This document shows positions 9,563-19,238 of a stretch of 64,000 bases of DNA, piece by piece. The notes beneath the pieces were generated by a model. The model searched no databases. It saw nothing but the letters and a program-made list of their open reading frames with translations, and was not told where the DNA came from. Position 1 is the stretch's first letter; each line of letters starts with the position of its first letter. The translations under genes were made by a program, and so were the position numbers. Location: IMG/VR virus record IMGVR_UViG_3300009181_000033, positions 62,001 through 126,000 of that record; one strand, written 5' to 3'.

Positions 9563-9910
9563 TTAACCACCAGAATCTTTCGCCATCCAAAGGCCAAAAG
9601 GTAGACCCGAAAGAGCCGAGATCCAGAACCAGTTCCACCAACCCATGAAAGCGTAACCCGTGAAGAGATTAACACCTACCCAAACGAATGATCCCATGGC
9701 AAGGAAAGCTCCTGGGAACACAACACACCATGCCAAAATCCTGATGAAACCCGGAAATACTGTGGCAATTGCCGCCAGAATTGCTGTCATTACAATGAAT
9801 TGCATTTTTACCTCGTGAAGATCTTGATGAGAACAATCACAATGAAACACGGGATCACAATTGAGGCTACTGTACCCCACATCAACCAGGTCGCCATCTT
9901 CAGGAACCAC
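9563..9910 (-). CDS. putative membrane protein (start uncertain, possibly at MQFIV)
   Basis: Hydrophobic segments. Confidence 0.55.
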   Translation of the reverse strand: MVPEDGDLVDVGYSSLNCDPVFHCDCSHQDLHEVKMQFIVMTAILAAIATVFPGFIRILAWCVVFPGAFLAMGSFVWVGVNLFTGYAFMGWWNWFWISALSGLPFGLWMAKDSGG

Positions 9911-9935
9911 GTAACTGCGTCAACCAAAACATTAA

Positions 9936-10202
9936 TCATAAATTCTTCTTCACCCTCTCTAGGAACGAATCCTCATCGTGATCACCAGAATACAGGTAAT
10001 CAATGTCCCTCATCACCTGCGACATCTTTCTAAGAATAGGAATCTGTTCACGCAGGTAACTCAACACATCTTCACTGTAACCTGGGCAATATCCCTACTC
10101 ATCTTTTCGATCATTATTCTCAATCGCATGCTCAAGTTCATCAACAAACTGACTCACCTGATAATAAATGTACCCATTCGAATTGAAGTGTCCGCCTGAC
10201 AT
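9936..10202 (-). pseudogene. second copy of 7474-7746 with TGG>TAG at 10095-10097
   Basis: Aligns full length with the first copy; Trp codon replaced by TAG. Confidence 0.75.
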
Positions 10203-10222
10203 AATTTCCTCCTACAGCTCTT

Positions 10223-10489
10223 TCACGCAGAGTTTCTTTCTCTCAGGATTTCTTCAACAGTTAGTTCAGGTTCCTTTGCCAAATCACGTTGGATGTTTCT
10301 CCACGGCAAAGAACCACGTTCACCTCGAAGGAGTTGATCCTCTGCTGTGATCTCCTTGATGGAATACACGTTCGTATTTCCATTACCAATCTCCTCTTCT
10401 AGATTATTGTACCCAATTCGTTCTGCCTCACGTTCATCCGAGGCATCCACCAAGATCTCTGTTTGAAATGTCAGCCTATAAAGGGTCAT
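10223..10489 (-). CDS. hypothetical protein, paralogue of 7743-7994
   Basis: Promoter at 10490-10525. Confidence 0.75.
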   Translation of the reverse strand: MTLYRLTFQTEILVDASDEREAERIGYNNLEEEIGNGNTNVYSIKEITAEDQLLRGERGSLPWRNIQRDLAKEPELTVEEILRERNSA

Positions 10490-10513
10490 GTCACTACCTT
10501 AAACCACAAGGTA

Positions 10514-10798
10514 TCAGATTTGCACATCTACATTCATTACTGTTCCAGGAGAAATCAACTTAATCTCATCCTCTTCCTCCACGAAAATTTCTTTCACAAC
10601 ACCTTCACACAAAAGTTTTAAGGTTGAATATGAAGTTTCCCAACGCCCAAATGGATCTTGATTTTGACCTTCATCGTGATTCAATACCACACCCACAATC
10701 ACACCACATTCCATTCCTTCCCAAATCTTGGTAATCTTAATCAAATTACCCCTCATCAAACCTAAACACTGTGATCTAGACATACTTGAATCCCCCAA
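10514..10798 (-). CDS. MKPGD-like small protein (MRGNLI)
   Basis: Family-like pattern; start uncertain. Confidence 0.55.
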   Translation of the reverse strand: MGDSSMSRSQCLGLMRGNLIKITKIWEGMECGVIVGVVLNHDEGQNQDPFGRWETSYSTLKLLCEGVVKEIFVEEEDEIKLISPGTVMNVDVQI

Positions 10799-10880
10799 AG
10801 GTTAATCACGTAAGAAGAATGTCACCACCCACACTCGACAAATTCTCAACAAATTCCATCACTCATTTCCTTCCACATAA

Positions 10881-10920
10881 AACTTCGGTCGGATCCCCAC
10901 AAAGAAAATCCGACCGAAAT
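10881..10920 (-). terminator. conserved TCGGTCGGAT...ATCCGACCGA hairpin
   Basis: The same hairpin follows all three lectin-like genes. Confidence 0.8.
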
Positions 10921-10946
10921 TGTTTTAATCGTGTTTAATCATTAAA

Positions 10947-11825
10947 TCAAACCAACCCACCACGAGTCATCAGATCCGTAGTCACAGCGGCACGCTGAGA
11001 ATCGGTCAGAGAACCCTTCCAGATGTGAAGTTGTGAGATTGAAACGTTAAGATCTTTACCCACCAACATTTGGTTTACTGTGATTGCACTTCTTCCACCA
11101 TTTCCATACTGCGCAAAAGAACCATCGTCTTGATAGACAGTTTTACTGACACCATTTTGCCAGAACTTGAACTGACCTGCTGCAGTAGATGCAGATGTAC
11201 CAGTGTATTCCATCAACCACAATTGAGGCACTGCTGTAATATTTGCATCACACTTGAAATTTCCCAAATTATTAATGGTGGATCTTCTGGAGAAATAAAC
11301 ACCAGATCCGTAACCGTAAAGACCTGGTGCTCTACAGAACATATTGCCATCAGTCGTGCTCATGAACGCAGCTAAACCGACAACACCACCAGCATGTGTA
11401 GCACCTTGACCCGAAGTGGGGATAATTAACGCAGCAACCGTGTATGCACCTGTATATCCAGAAATTTTTGACGCCCAATCATTTGCTTTTAAGTATAAAT
11501 CTCCTCCCAAAACAGCAGTTGGTAGTGTTATGCCATTTGAAGACCATCCAGAAGCTCTATATTCTGGTCCATAGTTCGAACCAACGGTCAAGTTTTGTAC
11601 GGCACTGCTGTCTGGAATAGATGAAATTCTACTAGTTCCAGAAACACTGGCAAATGTAGCTGATGCTACATCCCAGTGACTTTGCTCCAAACCTGCAATC
11701 ACGTAAGCGGGATCAGAGCTCCCACCCCCTGATGATGAGACCCCAACTCCCATTGAGGTGCTTTTTGTCGTGTCACCGTTGATCACAACTTGTTTACTTG
11801 TATCTCCACTTATTGTTATCGGCAT
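10947..11825 (-). CDS. putative virion LamG/concanavalin-like protein with MPI..GD..K N-terminus
   Basis: Gly/Ser/Thr-rich; resembles the C-terminal module of 51565-54633; ATACTTA upstream. Confidence 0.65.
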   Translation of the reverse strand: MPITISGDTSKQVVINGDTTKSTSMGVGVSSSGGGSSDPAYVIAGLEQSHWDVASATFASVSGTSRISSIPDSSAVQNLTVGSNYGPEYRASGWSSNGITLPTAVLGGDLYLKANDWASKISGYTGAYTVAALIIPTSGQGATHAGGVVGLAAFMSTTDGNMFCRAPGLYGYGSGVYFSRRSTINNLGNFKCDANITAVPQLWLMEYTGTSASTAAGQFKFWQNGVSKTVYQDDGSFAQYGNGGRSAITVNQMLVGKDLNVSISQLHIWKGSLTDSQRAAVTTDLMTRGGLV

Positions 11826-12021
11826 AATTTTTCTCCTATGGGTTAAGAATCCTTAATGAATTCTGTGCAAATAAGTATGGTGCAACTGCGGGAAACAAAT
11901 TACGTGAATGTTTGTAACATGATCTGATGCCCACATATACGAACAATTGGTTTGAGATCACAGGTGTAAAAAACTTTTTTCTATCTCTTCTCTCTTCATG
12001 CCAACACCATAAACTACCCCA

Positions 12022-12234
12022 CTAACTCTTTTCACAAACCACCTCAAACTCCACCACATCAAAGAGATCACAGATATCTTTCATCCGACCTCGGTGGGTT
12101 ATTCCATTACTCAACAGGTACTTGTAGGACAATCCCCAGGTGTCTTCAGTCACCGACAGGATAACTCCGGTCAAGTTTGAATGTCCATTTCTCTGCAGGT
12201 ACTCGTTTGGAAGTAATAGATCACCAGGTTTCAT
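12022..12234 (-). CDS. MKPGD-family small protein
   Basis: MKPGDLL. Confidence 0.75.
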   Translation of the reverse strand: MKPGDLLLPNEYLQRNGHSNLTGVILSVTEDTWGLSYKYLLSNGITHRGRMKDICDLFDVVEFEVVCEKS

Positions 12235-12431
12235 TCCACCAACTCCAGGTAATTTCGATGAAGTCTAACAATCATCTTGCCCGTGTCAGGGTGACCCACC
12301 CTCAACACCTGCAACATCTCCAGCTGGTATTTGGTGTACTTCTTCCCTTTGGTGGGTACGTACTCCGGACCAAGCACCACCCCAAGAATGTCGGGTGAAG
12401 TCTTGAATCGAACCAGGTTACCAGGCTTCAT
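12231..12431 (-). CDS. MKPGD-family small protein
   Basis: MKPGNLVRF; promoter at 12432-12467. Confidence 0.75.
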   Translation of the reverse strand: MKPGNLVRFKTSPDILGVVLGPEYVPTKGKKYTKYQLEMLQVLRVGHPDTGKMIVRLHRNYLELVE

Positions 12432-12588
12432 GATTCAAACTTACCACACTGAAATGGGGGTTTGCACCCGTGCCTAGATCTCCACATCATCTTATCTTTT
12501 GCGCGCCAAGTGAACAACCCGTGGAACCTTCCGATCTCCACGCACAACCTCTTGTTCCGACCCTCCATCGATCTCTTGGATGGGATGC

Positions 12589-13772
12589 TGAATAACTTAC
12601 GGCACAAGGCCGTAAGGTTCGAGGGTAGTCTTGCCTTCATCGACTTTACCCTTTAGGGACTTCAGCTCGGACGGTTTTGCCGTCCTTCGGCCCTTCCTGC
12701 AAATCTCTTTCTTCACAGGATCGATCTTTAGGCGTAATGCGATGTTGAAAGCTGCATTCACGTCCGCATGATCAATGTGTTCACAGTGCAAACAGTGAAA
12801 CACTTTTCCATTTCTGCTCTCTTTATCAACGACTCCGCAACGAGAACACGAGGTTGATGTCCAAGCAGGATCAACAACGTTCAACTCTACACCTTGCTCC
12901 TTGGCTTTGTAAGTGAGAAGCATTCTCACTTGATAGAACGGCCAAGAGTTCAAAGTATGATTTCCTTGTTTGCGGTACTTCTTCGTACAATCTTTTCTGA
13001 TCCCTGAGAGATCTTCTAACTTAATTCCAACTCCACTTTTCTTTGCTTCTTTGACTATTGTAGTTGTGATCTTGTGAATCGTATCGGTCGTCTTCCTTCT
13101 CTCACGATCCTTGATCTTCTTCAGCTGTGACCACTGCTTCTTCTCTTGCAGGTTCTGCCTAATATTCTTATACTTCTTCTTCAAGAAGGGAATCTGTTTT
13201 CCAAACTTCTTGATTTTTCCTGTCTGCGGATTTGCCACAACAATGGAGTGAGAAGTTGAGTTAAGATCGATGCCGATGAAACCTTTAGGTTCATCGACCT
13301 GTTGATCAGGGAAAGTCACAGAAACATAAGCCCAAGTTTTATCAATCTCAACTTGATTAAGCTTTGTCCAATCAGAAGGAAACCAACAGCGAAATTCTAC
13401 CCTAAGACTTGGAATCCGTAGTTTCCTAGTTTCTGCATCAAACTTTAGATTTTGACCAGGAACCGTTAGTTTAACCTTTTTTGGGTTAACTGATTTGATC
13501 TTCTTATTCAGTCCATACTTTCTAACGATCTGATTAGCAATCTCAGATTTTAGGCCGATATGTTTAATAGCTTTTGTTGAGACGAGACCATTTTCAAGAG
13601 CGTACTGAGCAACTTTAATTGCCTTCTCAAAGAGAGAAGGCTCAAAGCTTACACCATGTTTCACCTTGAATGTCTTGATCATCTCCATAATAAGTATTCT
13701 TTACTTAAGAAAAGTACTAAACAAAAATTCATGATACGGCACAAGGCCGATATCCTTTCTTTTTGTTAGCGT
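12589..13772 (-). mobile_element. IS1341-like tnpB-only element (IS200/IS605 family), target TTTAC
   Basis: Left hairpin GATATCGGC-CTTGT-GCCGTATC; right hairpin TTACGGC-CTTGT-GCCGTAA then GTTATTCA; excision rejoins an ORF (CYFT/HPIQEIDGG). Confidence 0.88.
12597..13688 (-). CDS. tnpB: RNA-guided endonuclease TnpB
   Basis: GIDLN / LEDL / HADVNAA, TSTSCSRCG zinc ribbon. Confidence 0.93.
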   Translation of the reverse strand: MEMIKTFKVKHGVSFEPSLFEKAIKVAQYALENGLVSTKAIKHIGLKSEIANQIVRKYGLNKKIKSVNPKKVKLTVPGQNLKFDAETRKLRIPSLRVEFRCWFPSDWTKLNQVEIDKTWAYVSVTFPDQQVDEPKGFIGIDLNSTSHSIVVANPQTGKIKKFGKQIPFLKKKYKNIRQNLQEKKQWSQLKKIKDRERRKTTDTIHKITTTIVKEAKKSGVGIKLEDLSGIRKDCTKKYRKQGNHTLNSWPFYQVRMLLTYKAKEQGVELNVVDPAWTSTSCSRCGVVDKESRNGKVFHCLHCEHIDHADVNAAFNIALRLKIDPVKKEICRKGRRTAKPSELKSLKGKVDEGKTTLEPYGLVP

Positions 13773-13898
13773 GTAAAGTAGCACATGCGAATATTAAATC
13801 GATAGGAAATTACCCACTCAAATCCCGTGCGTTTGCTCTTGCCGGTCTTCGGATCGTAACGAACACCTGTCCAGGAAAAATTCATAGGTTCACCTTCA

Positions 13899-14702
13899 TC
13901 ATACAATAATAGTTTCCTCTGGTCTAACGGTTCCAAAGTAAGATGCCCGGGCCACCACACACTCGATAGAATTAGAAACACGTACCTTACAAGGTGTATG
14001 TGTGTGTCCTGCCAAAACAATCACACGTTTCTTCTTTCTACCTTCCATAACTCTCTCAATCATTTGGCCTAAAACAGTGTTTGCATTGTACGGCAACCAA
14101 AACTTTTCCATCTTGGTTCCAACCGCCCGGGTTGCCTCCTTCCACGGTGGGAAATGTGTAACAATGAAAATCGTCTTGTGACTCTCCAGGGAATCAACCA
14201 ATTTCTTCTCCAGTTGATTCGCAGACATTTCCGCAAGATGCCTAAAGAACTTGATTCTCGATTCCATGTCAGGCAAAACCCTCAAGTCATGTGTCAACAA
14301 CCAATCAGTTGTCCACTTCAAATACGATGGATCACCTGACAATGCATCATACCAACCTTCGGCACCAATCAGGGCAACATCTTCGTTGAGAGAAACAACA
14401 TCACTCTCGGTCAACCAATGAAGATTCGGATAAAAATCACAGAGTCGACGAACATCATCATGAACCGAATCCATGTATCGCCCATGATAATCATGGTTGC
14501 CAAGCACGAAATAGATTGGACCTGGAAAGTTACGTGCAAGATACCGCAAATCGTTTTCAAGATTCTTCCCAGAGGAAATATCCCCAGAAAGAAACAAACC
14601 ATCCGCATGAAGTCCTTCCAACCTTCGAACAAAGAACCTCTTCATCCACGGCAAAACCGACATATTTAAATGCGGATCACTATACCAAACATATCGTTTC
14701 AT
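13899..14702 (-). CDS. calcineurin-like metallophosphoesterase
   Basis: SDPH, GD, GNHD, THFPP, GHTH motifs. Confidence 0.9.
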   Translation of the reverse strand: MKRYVWYSDPHLNMSVLPWMKRFFVRRLEGLHADGLFLSGDISSGKNLENDLRYLARNFPGPIYFVLGNHDYHGRYMDSVHDDVRRLCDFYPNLHWLTESDVVSLNEDVALIGAEGWYDALSGDPSYLKWTTDWLLTHDLRVLPDMESRIKFFRHLAEMSANQLEKKLVDSLESHKTIFIVTHFPPWKEATRAVGTKMEKFWLPYNANTVLGQMIERVMEGRKKKRVIVLAGHTHTPCKVRVSNSIECVVARASYFGTVRPEETIIV

Positions 14703-15088
14703 ACATCCTCCAAATCAATCTCAAGTTCCCGCTTGCGTACCCAACTCCCGCCTTCCCTCGCCCAAAACTCCAACACCTTCAATGACTCCGAAGTCATGGT
14801 TGGTCCCACATTACAACATCCGGAATTTGGTGGATCACCATAGTAGAGATCTGGAATCAACAGAGAAGGTGGTTCCTTTTGATCTGCGGAGAATTTATCC
14901 CGCGTTAGTGAAACCTTAAAGAGTGTTCCACACGCCTGACAGACAATCAGGTATAAAACTACTTCGTTTGCATAGGGATTCGGTGCCAGGTCCGGATGAA
15001 ATGCACCATACCGTGGAACACCATTGTCATCCCACCACTCAGGCTTCTCAGTGATGCGTGAGAGAATGTCAGAATAACGTGTCTTCAT
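14699..15088 (-). CDS. hypothetical Cys-containing phage protein
   Basis: WWDDNGVPRY, CQACG, YGDPP. Confidence 0.7.
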   Translation of the reverse strand: MKTRYSDILSRITEKPEWWDDNGVPRYGAFHPDLAPNPYANEVVLYLIVCQACGTLFKVSLTRDKFSADQKEPPSLLIPDLYYGDPPNSGCCNVGPTMTSESLKVLEFWAREGGSWVRKRELEIDLEDV

Positions 15089-15127
15089 AAATAACCAGTT
15101 GATCCATAATACTTAGTTAGTATTAAG

Positions 15128-16186
15128 ATGAATAATGAGCAATTATTAAGAGAAGTAATTAGATTATCGTTAGTTGAACAATCGTTTCAACAACCTCAAT
15201 CAAAGATGCGCAAAATTAAACTAACAGTGCCTCAAGAAAGTGGTCTAATAAAGACAATAGAACTTTCTGAGAGTTATATTGTCGGTGTTCTTGGTATACC
15301 AAGAAATCTTCTATTAGAAAGTGTTTACGATTCCAAACTAAATAAAGTCATATTGAAAGAACATCTTCTATTTGAAGGTTGGTGGAGTGAAGCAAAACAA
15401 CTTCTTGGAAAAGGTATTGATAAAATCAAAGAAACAAGCAATGACATTGTTGATGTCATTGAAAACTTTGGATCAAATGCTAAAGGTGTGGTTGCAGGTC
15501 TTTGGGCGGCAGCATCTGACAGTAACATTCTAGGAAAAGTAACAGGCGCTGCATCACAACTTGCAAGTAGAAGAGCAACTGACATTTTTGAGCCACTTAC
15601 CAAGATTACAAACTTATTAAAAAGTACAGAAATTGGCAAAAAAGCAGCTGGTGTATTTTCAAATATCATTGAAAAAATTAAAACTTTACTGAAGTCTTTC
15701 ACTTCGTTAGATGGATGGAAAGGAATGTTGTCTTCTGCTGCTGTTTATCTTGGCATAAAGTTTCTCAGATCTAAAATCGGAACTACAATTCAAGACATAG
15801 CAGATAAATGTAAATCAGGAGATTGGAAAAGCATTGCAAATGAAATTACAAAAGGTGTTTTTGCAAAAAGTTTAGATGCAATATCTGCTCCCGAAACTGA
15901 GCAAGAAAATGAAGAAAATGAAGAAGATGAAGAAGATGAAGAAACTTCATCCGAAGGTTCGTATATACGAATAGTCATCAACTTCATTAACAGCAAAGTT
16001 ATTAATGCGATTAAAAACTTTATTTTTGAAAAAATCAAATCAATCGCCGGCGATGCCATCGCAGCGCTCGCAGGCCCGGTAGCATGGATAAAAACCGCAG
16101 TAACAATATTCAAAACAACAGATTTCGTTGTTGAAACTTTAATGGACATAATTTCACGCGCAAAAGGTCCATTTAACAAATTGTAA
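15128..16186 (+). CDS. putative virion (internal) protein with LLREVIR..L.E leader and acidic tract
   Basis: AT-rich, opposite strand to its neighbours, ATACTTA upstream. Confidence 0.7.
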   Translation: MNNEQLLREVIRLSLVEQSFQQPQSKMRKIKLTVPQESGLIKTIELSESYIVGVLGIPRNLLLESVYDSKLNKVILKEHLLFEGWWSEAKQLLGKGIDKIKETSNDIVDVIENFGSNAKGVVAGLWAAASDSNILGKVTGAASQLASRRATDIFEPLTKITNLLKSTEIGKKAAGVFSNIIEKIKTLLKSFTSLDGWKGMLSSAAVYLGIKFLRSKIGTTIQDIADKCKSGDWKSIANEITKGVFAKSLDAISAPETEQENEENEEDEEDEETSSEGSYIRIVINFINSKVINAIKNFIFEKIKSIAGDAIAALAGPVAWIKTAVTIFKTTDFVVETLMDIISRAKGPFNKL

Positions 16187-16343
16187 CCTTACATCGGTGT
16201 AACAACAATTAACTTACGCGAGAAATATAGAAAAATACCTATATATCAAAATACGAAATCAGCAAAAACAAAAAGTAAAAACAAACGATTAAAGTACCTA
16301 CAACCTTCCCTTGTGATTCATCGGACCTGTCGCTGTAATCGTC

Positions 16344-16613
16344 CTAAAACTCACTCCCGGCGTCGTCGACAAGTGTCCCCCCCAACTGACACCTGCTTCC
16401 CATCTCCATTAGCCTAACCCAAGAATGCATCACCCAACCAATTTCGGTACCAAACATAACCTTCAACCAATCTTCACCCCACCAATTTTCGATGTCCAAT
16501 ACGAGTCCGGGAATTCCATAAACATTCATTAACCTCTGTCCACCAAAATTTCCAATTTGGACACAAGGCGAAATGTTCTCTGTAGCCGTACACACCAAAT
16601 CGCCGGGTTTCAT
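16344..16613 (-). CDS. MKPGD-family small protein
   Basis: MKPGDLV...WLKV...IGW. Confidence 0.75.
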   Translation of the reverse strand: MKPGDLVCTATENISPCVQIGNFGGQRLMNVYGIPGLVLDIENWWGEDWLKVMFGTEIGWVMHSWVRLMEMGSRCQLGGTLVDDAGSEF

Positions 16614-16957
16614 GGGCTCACTGGATGTCTTTCATCTACGCAACGAAGTGGATCCTCACAAGAACACACAACAAGGGTGCTTCCATCGTCTTTCTCCTGA
16701 ATTTCAATAAATCCCTTTACACACTCAATCCTTGTATCCATCTTCGCTAAAACAACGAAAGGAGTGCACGTTGTGGGAACTGTGGGAGTTGAAACAGTTG
16801 TTGCCTGAGACAATGAATCATCAATGTTTTTCGAAATAAAAAGTGTAATAACAATTAAAGTTGCAACTGCAAATACACCTACGAAAATTCTTCTCTTACT
16901 CATGTCATTCTTCTCCATAAACATAATTTGCTTCAGTTTCATGTCCATTCGGCCCAA
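16610..16957 (-). CDS. putative membrane-anchored protein
   Basis: Single TM helix, Cys-rich tail; start uncertain. Confidence 0.55.
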   Translation of the reverse strand: MGRMDMKLKQIMFMEKNDMSKRRIFVGVFAVATLIVITLFISKNIDDSLSQATTVSTPTVPTTCTPFVVLAKMDTRIECVKGFIEIQEKDDGSTLVVCSCEDPLRCVDERHPVSP

Positions 16958-17154
16958 TTGTAATCAATCAAATAGATGGCTTGTCCATGTAACACCTCTA
17001 GTCCATGTTTCGTAAGGGTACGTGTGTTTGCCGTGATTGCAATACCTTTTCCCGCGTGTTCACTAACATCATCCAGCAACATTCCAAAGCATACTCGCCA
17101 TCGGGATTTTTCACTCTCCCACTTTCTCCACTTCACCATATCACCTGGCTTCAC
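16939..17154 (-). CDS. MKPGD-family small protein
   Basis: GTG start (V)KPGDMVKW. Confidence 0.65.
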   Translation of the reverse strand: MKPGDMVKWRKWESEKSRWRVCFGMLLDDVSEHAGKGIAITANTRTLTKHGLEVLHGQAIYLIDYNWAEWT

Positions 17155-17371
17155 TGACAACCTCAAATTCCAGCTCATCATTTGGCATCTGAAAGAAATC
17201 CCAAACATCAACCACACCATCGTTCTTTAGAACACGAAACACGTGGGTAGGATAGACACCAAGTCCTCGTGACCAATAATCGAGCGGATTAAGAACCTCT
17301 AGGATCAATCCAGATTCACCATCCTCAAAGAACGTGGTCTTGATGTAGTCACCCGACTTTGGAGAAATCAC
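17141..17371 (-). CDS. MKPGD-family small protein
   Basis: KSGDYI...GLILE...RVL. Confidence 0.7.
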   Translation of the reverse strand: MISPKSGDYIKTTFFEDGESGLILEVLNPLDYWSRGLGVYPTHVFRVLKNDGVVDVWDFFQMPNDELEFEVVSEAR

Positions 17372-17598
17372 TTTACCTCCGTAAAATAACTAGAGTTACT
17401 CCAACCAACGTATCCATTCGCCAACCACCGAACCCACAATTCACGATTCTTGGCAGTCTCAAGAATGATTCCGGTTGTATTGCGGGGTGCATCTGGAATG
17501 AGAGGATTTACCCAATCGTTCTTGAAATTTTCAGCCCCAGGAATCGACGTAAACATCGGGAGATTACAGAGACACTTGACGAGGCTTCCTGACTGCAT
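17368..17598 (-). CDS. MKPGD-family small protein
   Basis: MQSGSLVK...GIILE...VGW. Confidence 0.7.
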   Translation of the reverse strand: MQSGSLVKCLCNLPMFTSIPGAENFKNDWVNPLIPDAPRNTTGIILETAKNRELWVRWLANGYVGWSNSSYFTEVK

Positions 17599-17664
17599 AT
17601 AACTACCATATCACGTCTCAATCACAAATTTGCAAAATTTGCACAAGTTTTTTCTATCTTGAAA

Positions 17665-18320
17665 TCAACCTGAGGAAAGGAAGTTTTGCATTTTCGGACT
17701 AGACTTCGCAAGAGTCGACCACACAACACGACCGATTCTCACCGGTCCCAATGCCAAAACTTCATTCTCGTCAGACTTACTCCTCAACGAGAGCAAATTA
17801 TAAAACCCATCAGGTCCACTCAAAAACGTTCCGCTGTTTTCGGCCACGTCTGCCGCCAAGATCACAATCATTCTCTTTCCAGGTGGCACAGAAGCTGTTG
17901 CAAATCGATACGCAATCGCCGGTTCATTCGTCCACGAATCAGCATTTTTTTGTGGGCTATATGTTCCACCCACAACCGCGTCACCTTCCAGCTCGTCAGC
18001 GAAGTCAGGAGATACTCCAAGTCCCCGGAGAAGCCCCACAGCCTCCTCCTTTGACAGTAACATTCCTCTATAAACTGTTTGAACAGCAGGCGGTTTCAAC
18101 ACGTCATCGTACGATCCATCCGCCAAACCAGCACGTAGCACGGCAACAGATTCAGGCGACATGTTGGTGCTCCACAAGATCTGCTTCGAAAGTTGTCGAA
18201 AAGTATCCTTTTCTATTTCGGTATCAGGTTCAGGCAAACGTTGAACTCTCGAATCACCAAAGGCATATGCACTATTTCTTCCCTAATGAGAGAACGAAGC
18301 TCAGATAAACGTATCTTCAT
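17665..18320 (-). CDS. putative ADP-ribosyltransferase-fold virion protein, frameshifted near 18275
   Basis: VYRG / SWT / ENEVL triad; leader MKIRLSELRSLIREE starts at 18320 in another frame. Confidence 0.55.
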
Positions 18321-18341
18321 GACGTTAAATATGGTCCCATC

Positions 18342-18611
18342 TTATTCAAGATTGTCGACGTTGTCTACGAGAGTCTTGAGAATCCAGCCCATTTTTCCTC
18401 GAGAAGTCAATGCCCACACATAATTTTCACATTCTGACGTCCTAATAACTACTCCTATTTCTTCGTACTTAAAGGTGCCGATTGTGTCGATTATCTCTTC
18501 ATTCCATATGCGTGCAGAAATGGAAGGAGTGATGAGATCGCCAGGAAATATTTTTTTTGATTTTTCTCCGCCGATCTTCTTGGGAGCGTTGCCCACATAT
18601 CGATGTTTCAT
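18342..18611 (-). CDS. MKPGD-family small protein
   Basis: FPGDLI...GVVI...TSRGKMGW. Confidence 0.7.
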   Translation of the reverse strand: MKHRYVGNAPKKIGGEKSKKIFPGDLITPSISARIWNEEIIDTIGTFKYEEIGVVIRTSECENYVWALTSRGKMGWILKTLVDNVDNLE

Positions 18612-18612
18612 G

Positions 18613-18843
18613 TTATGATATTTTTTCTATTGAAAATATAAGATTTGAATTTAAAGAAGAATAGTCATCACCTATCAAAAAGCGAAGCCACGTAAATTCG
18701 CCCCATTTCCCAGAGCCTGATCTTGAATTTTGTTGTGTTTCAATAAAAATGCCGACGTACACGGAACCCATGATGCTCCGAATTTTAACCAGATCACCCG
18801 GGTCCAATTCAATTTCTTTGGAGCTATTATATTTCACCAACAT
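18613..18843 (-). CDS. MKPGD-family small protein
   Basis: DPGDLVKI...GIFIE. Confidence 0.7.
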   Translation of the reverse strand: MLVKYNSSKEIELDPGDLVKIRSIMGSVYVGIFIETQQNSRSGSGKWGEFTWLRFLIGDDYSSLNSNLIFSIEKIS

Positions 18844-19084
18844 GGCTCAAAACTCTCACCAAAAAATTATTTTCCAATTCCTTGCTGGTTATCCAAACAC
18901 TCTTAACACAACCATCCACCAATAGCTTCATTGCAAAAACCCCGACCATCTCCAAATCACAAATCTTATTATCAAATCCCAAAAAAATTGCCAAAAAATG
19001 ATTGTTCTCTATCGAGTGACTATACACCCCTCTGATCTCGAGAAGATCACCGATAGTGATTTTTTCATTTTTATTTTTCGACAT
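18827..19084 (-). CDS. MKPGD-family small protein
   Basis: TIGDLL...LLVDG. Confidence 0.65.
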   Translation of the reverse strand: MSKNKNEKITIGDLLEIRGVYSHSIENNHFLAIFLGFDNKICDLEMVGVFAMKLLVDGCVKSVWITSKELENNFLVRVLSHVGEI

Positions 19085-19176
19085 CGAAAATAATTATATT
19101 TGATTTGTTGAAAGTGAAATCATTGGCTTGGCCAACTCCCAATAATTCAATTCCTGATAAAATGAGTTTCATAAGA

Positions 19177-19226
19177 AAATCGGTCGGACTCCCACAAAGA
19201 GAATCCGACCGAAGTTGTTTTTTGTG
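19177..19226 (-). terminator. conserved hairpin, near-identical to 54743-54794
   Basis: CACAAAAAACAACTTCGGTCGGATTCTCTT.GTGGGAGTCCGACCGATTTT. Confidence 0.8.
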
Positions 19227-19238
19227 TTACCTAACGAA

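Noticed and set aside
12589-13772. tnpB element as an IStron (group I intron) rescuing the interrupted gene
   Set aside because: Only about 85 nt precede tnpB, too little for a group I core.
234-19084. Integron cassette array
   Set aside because: There are no attC-like palindromes or integrase; the genes overlap directly or are separated by promoters.
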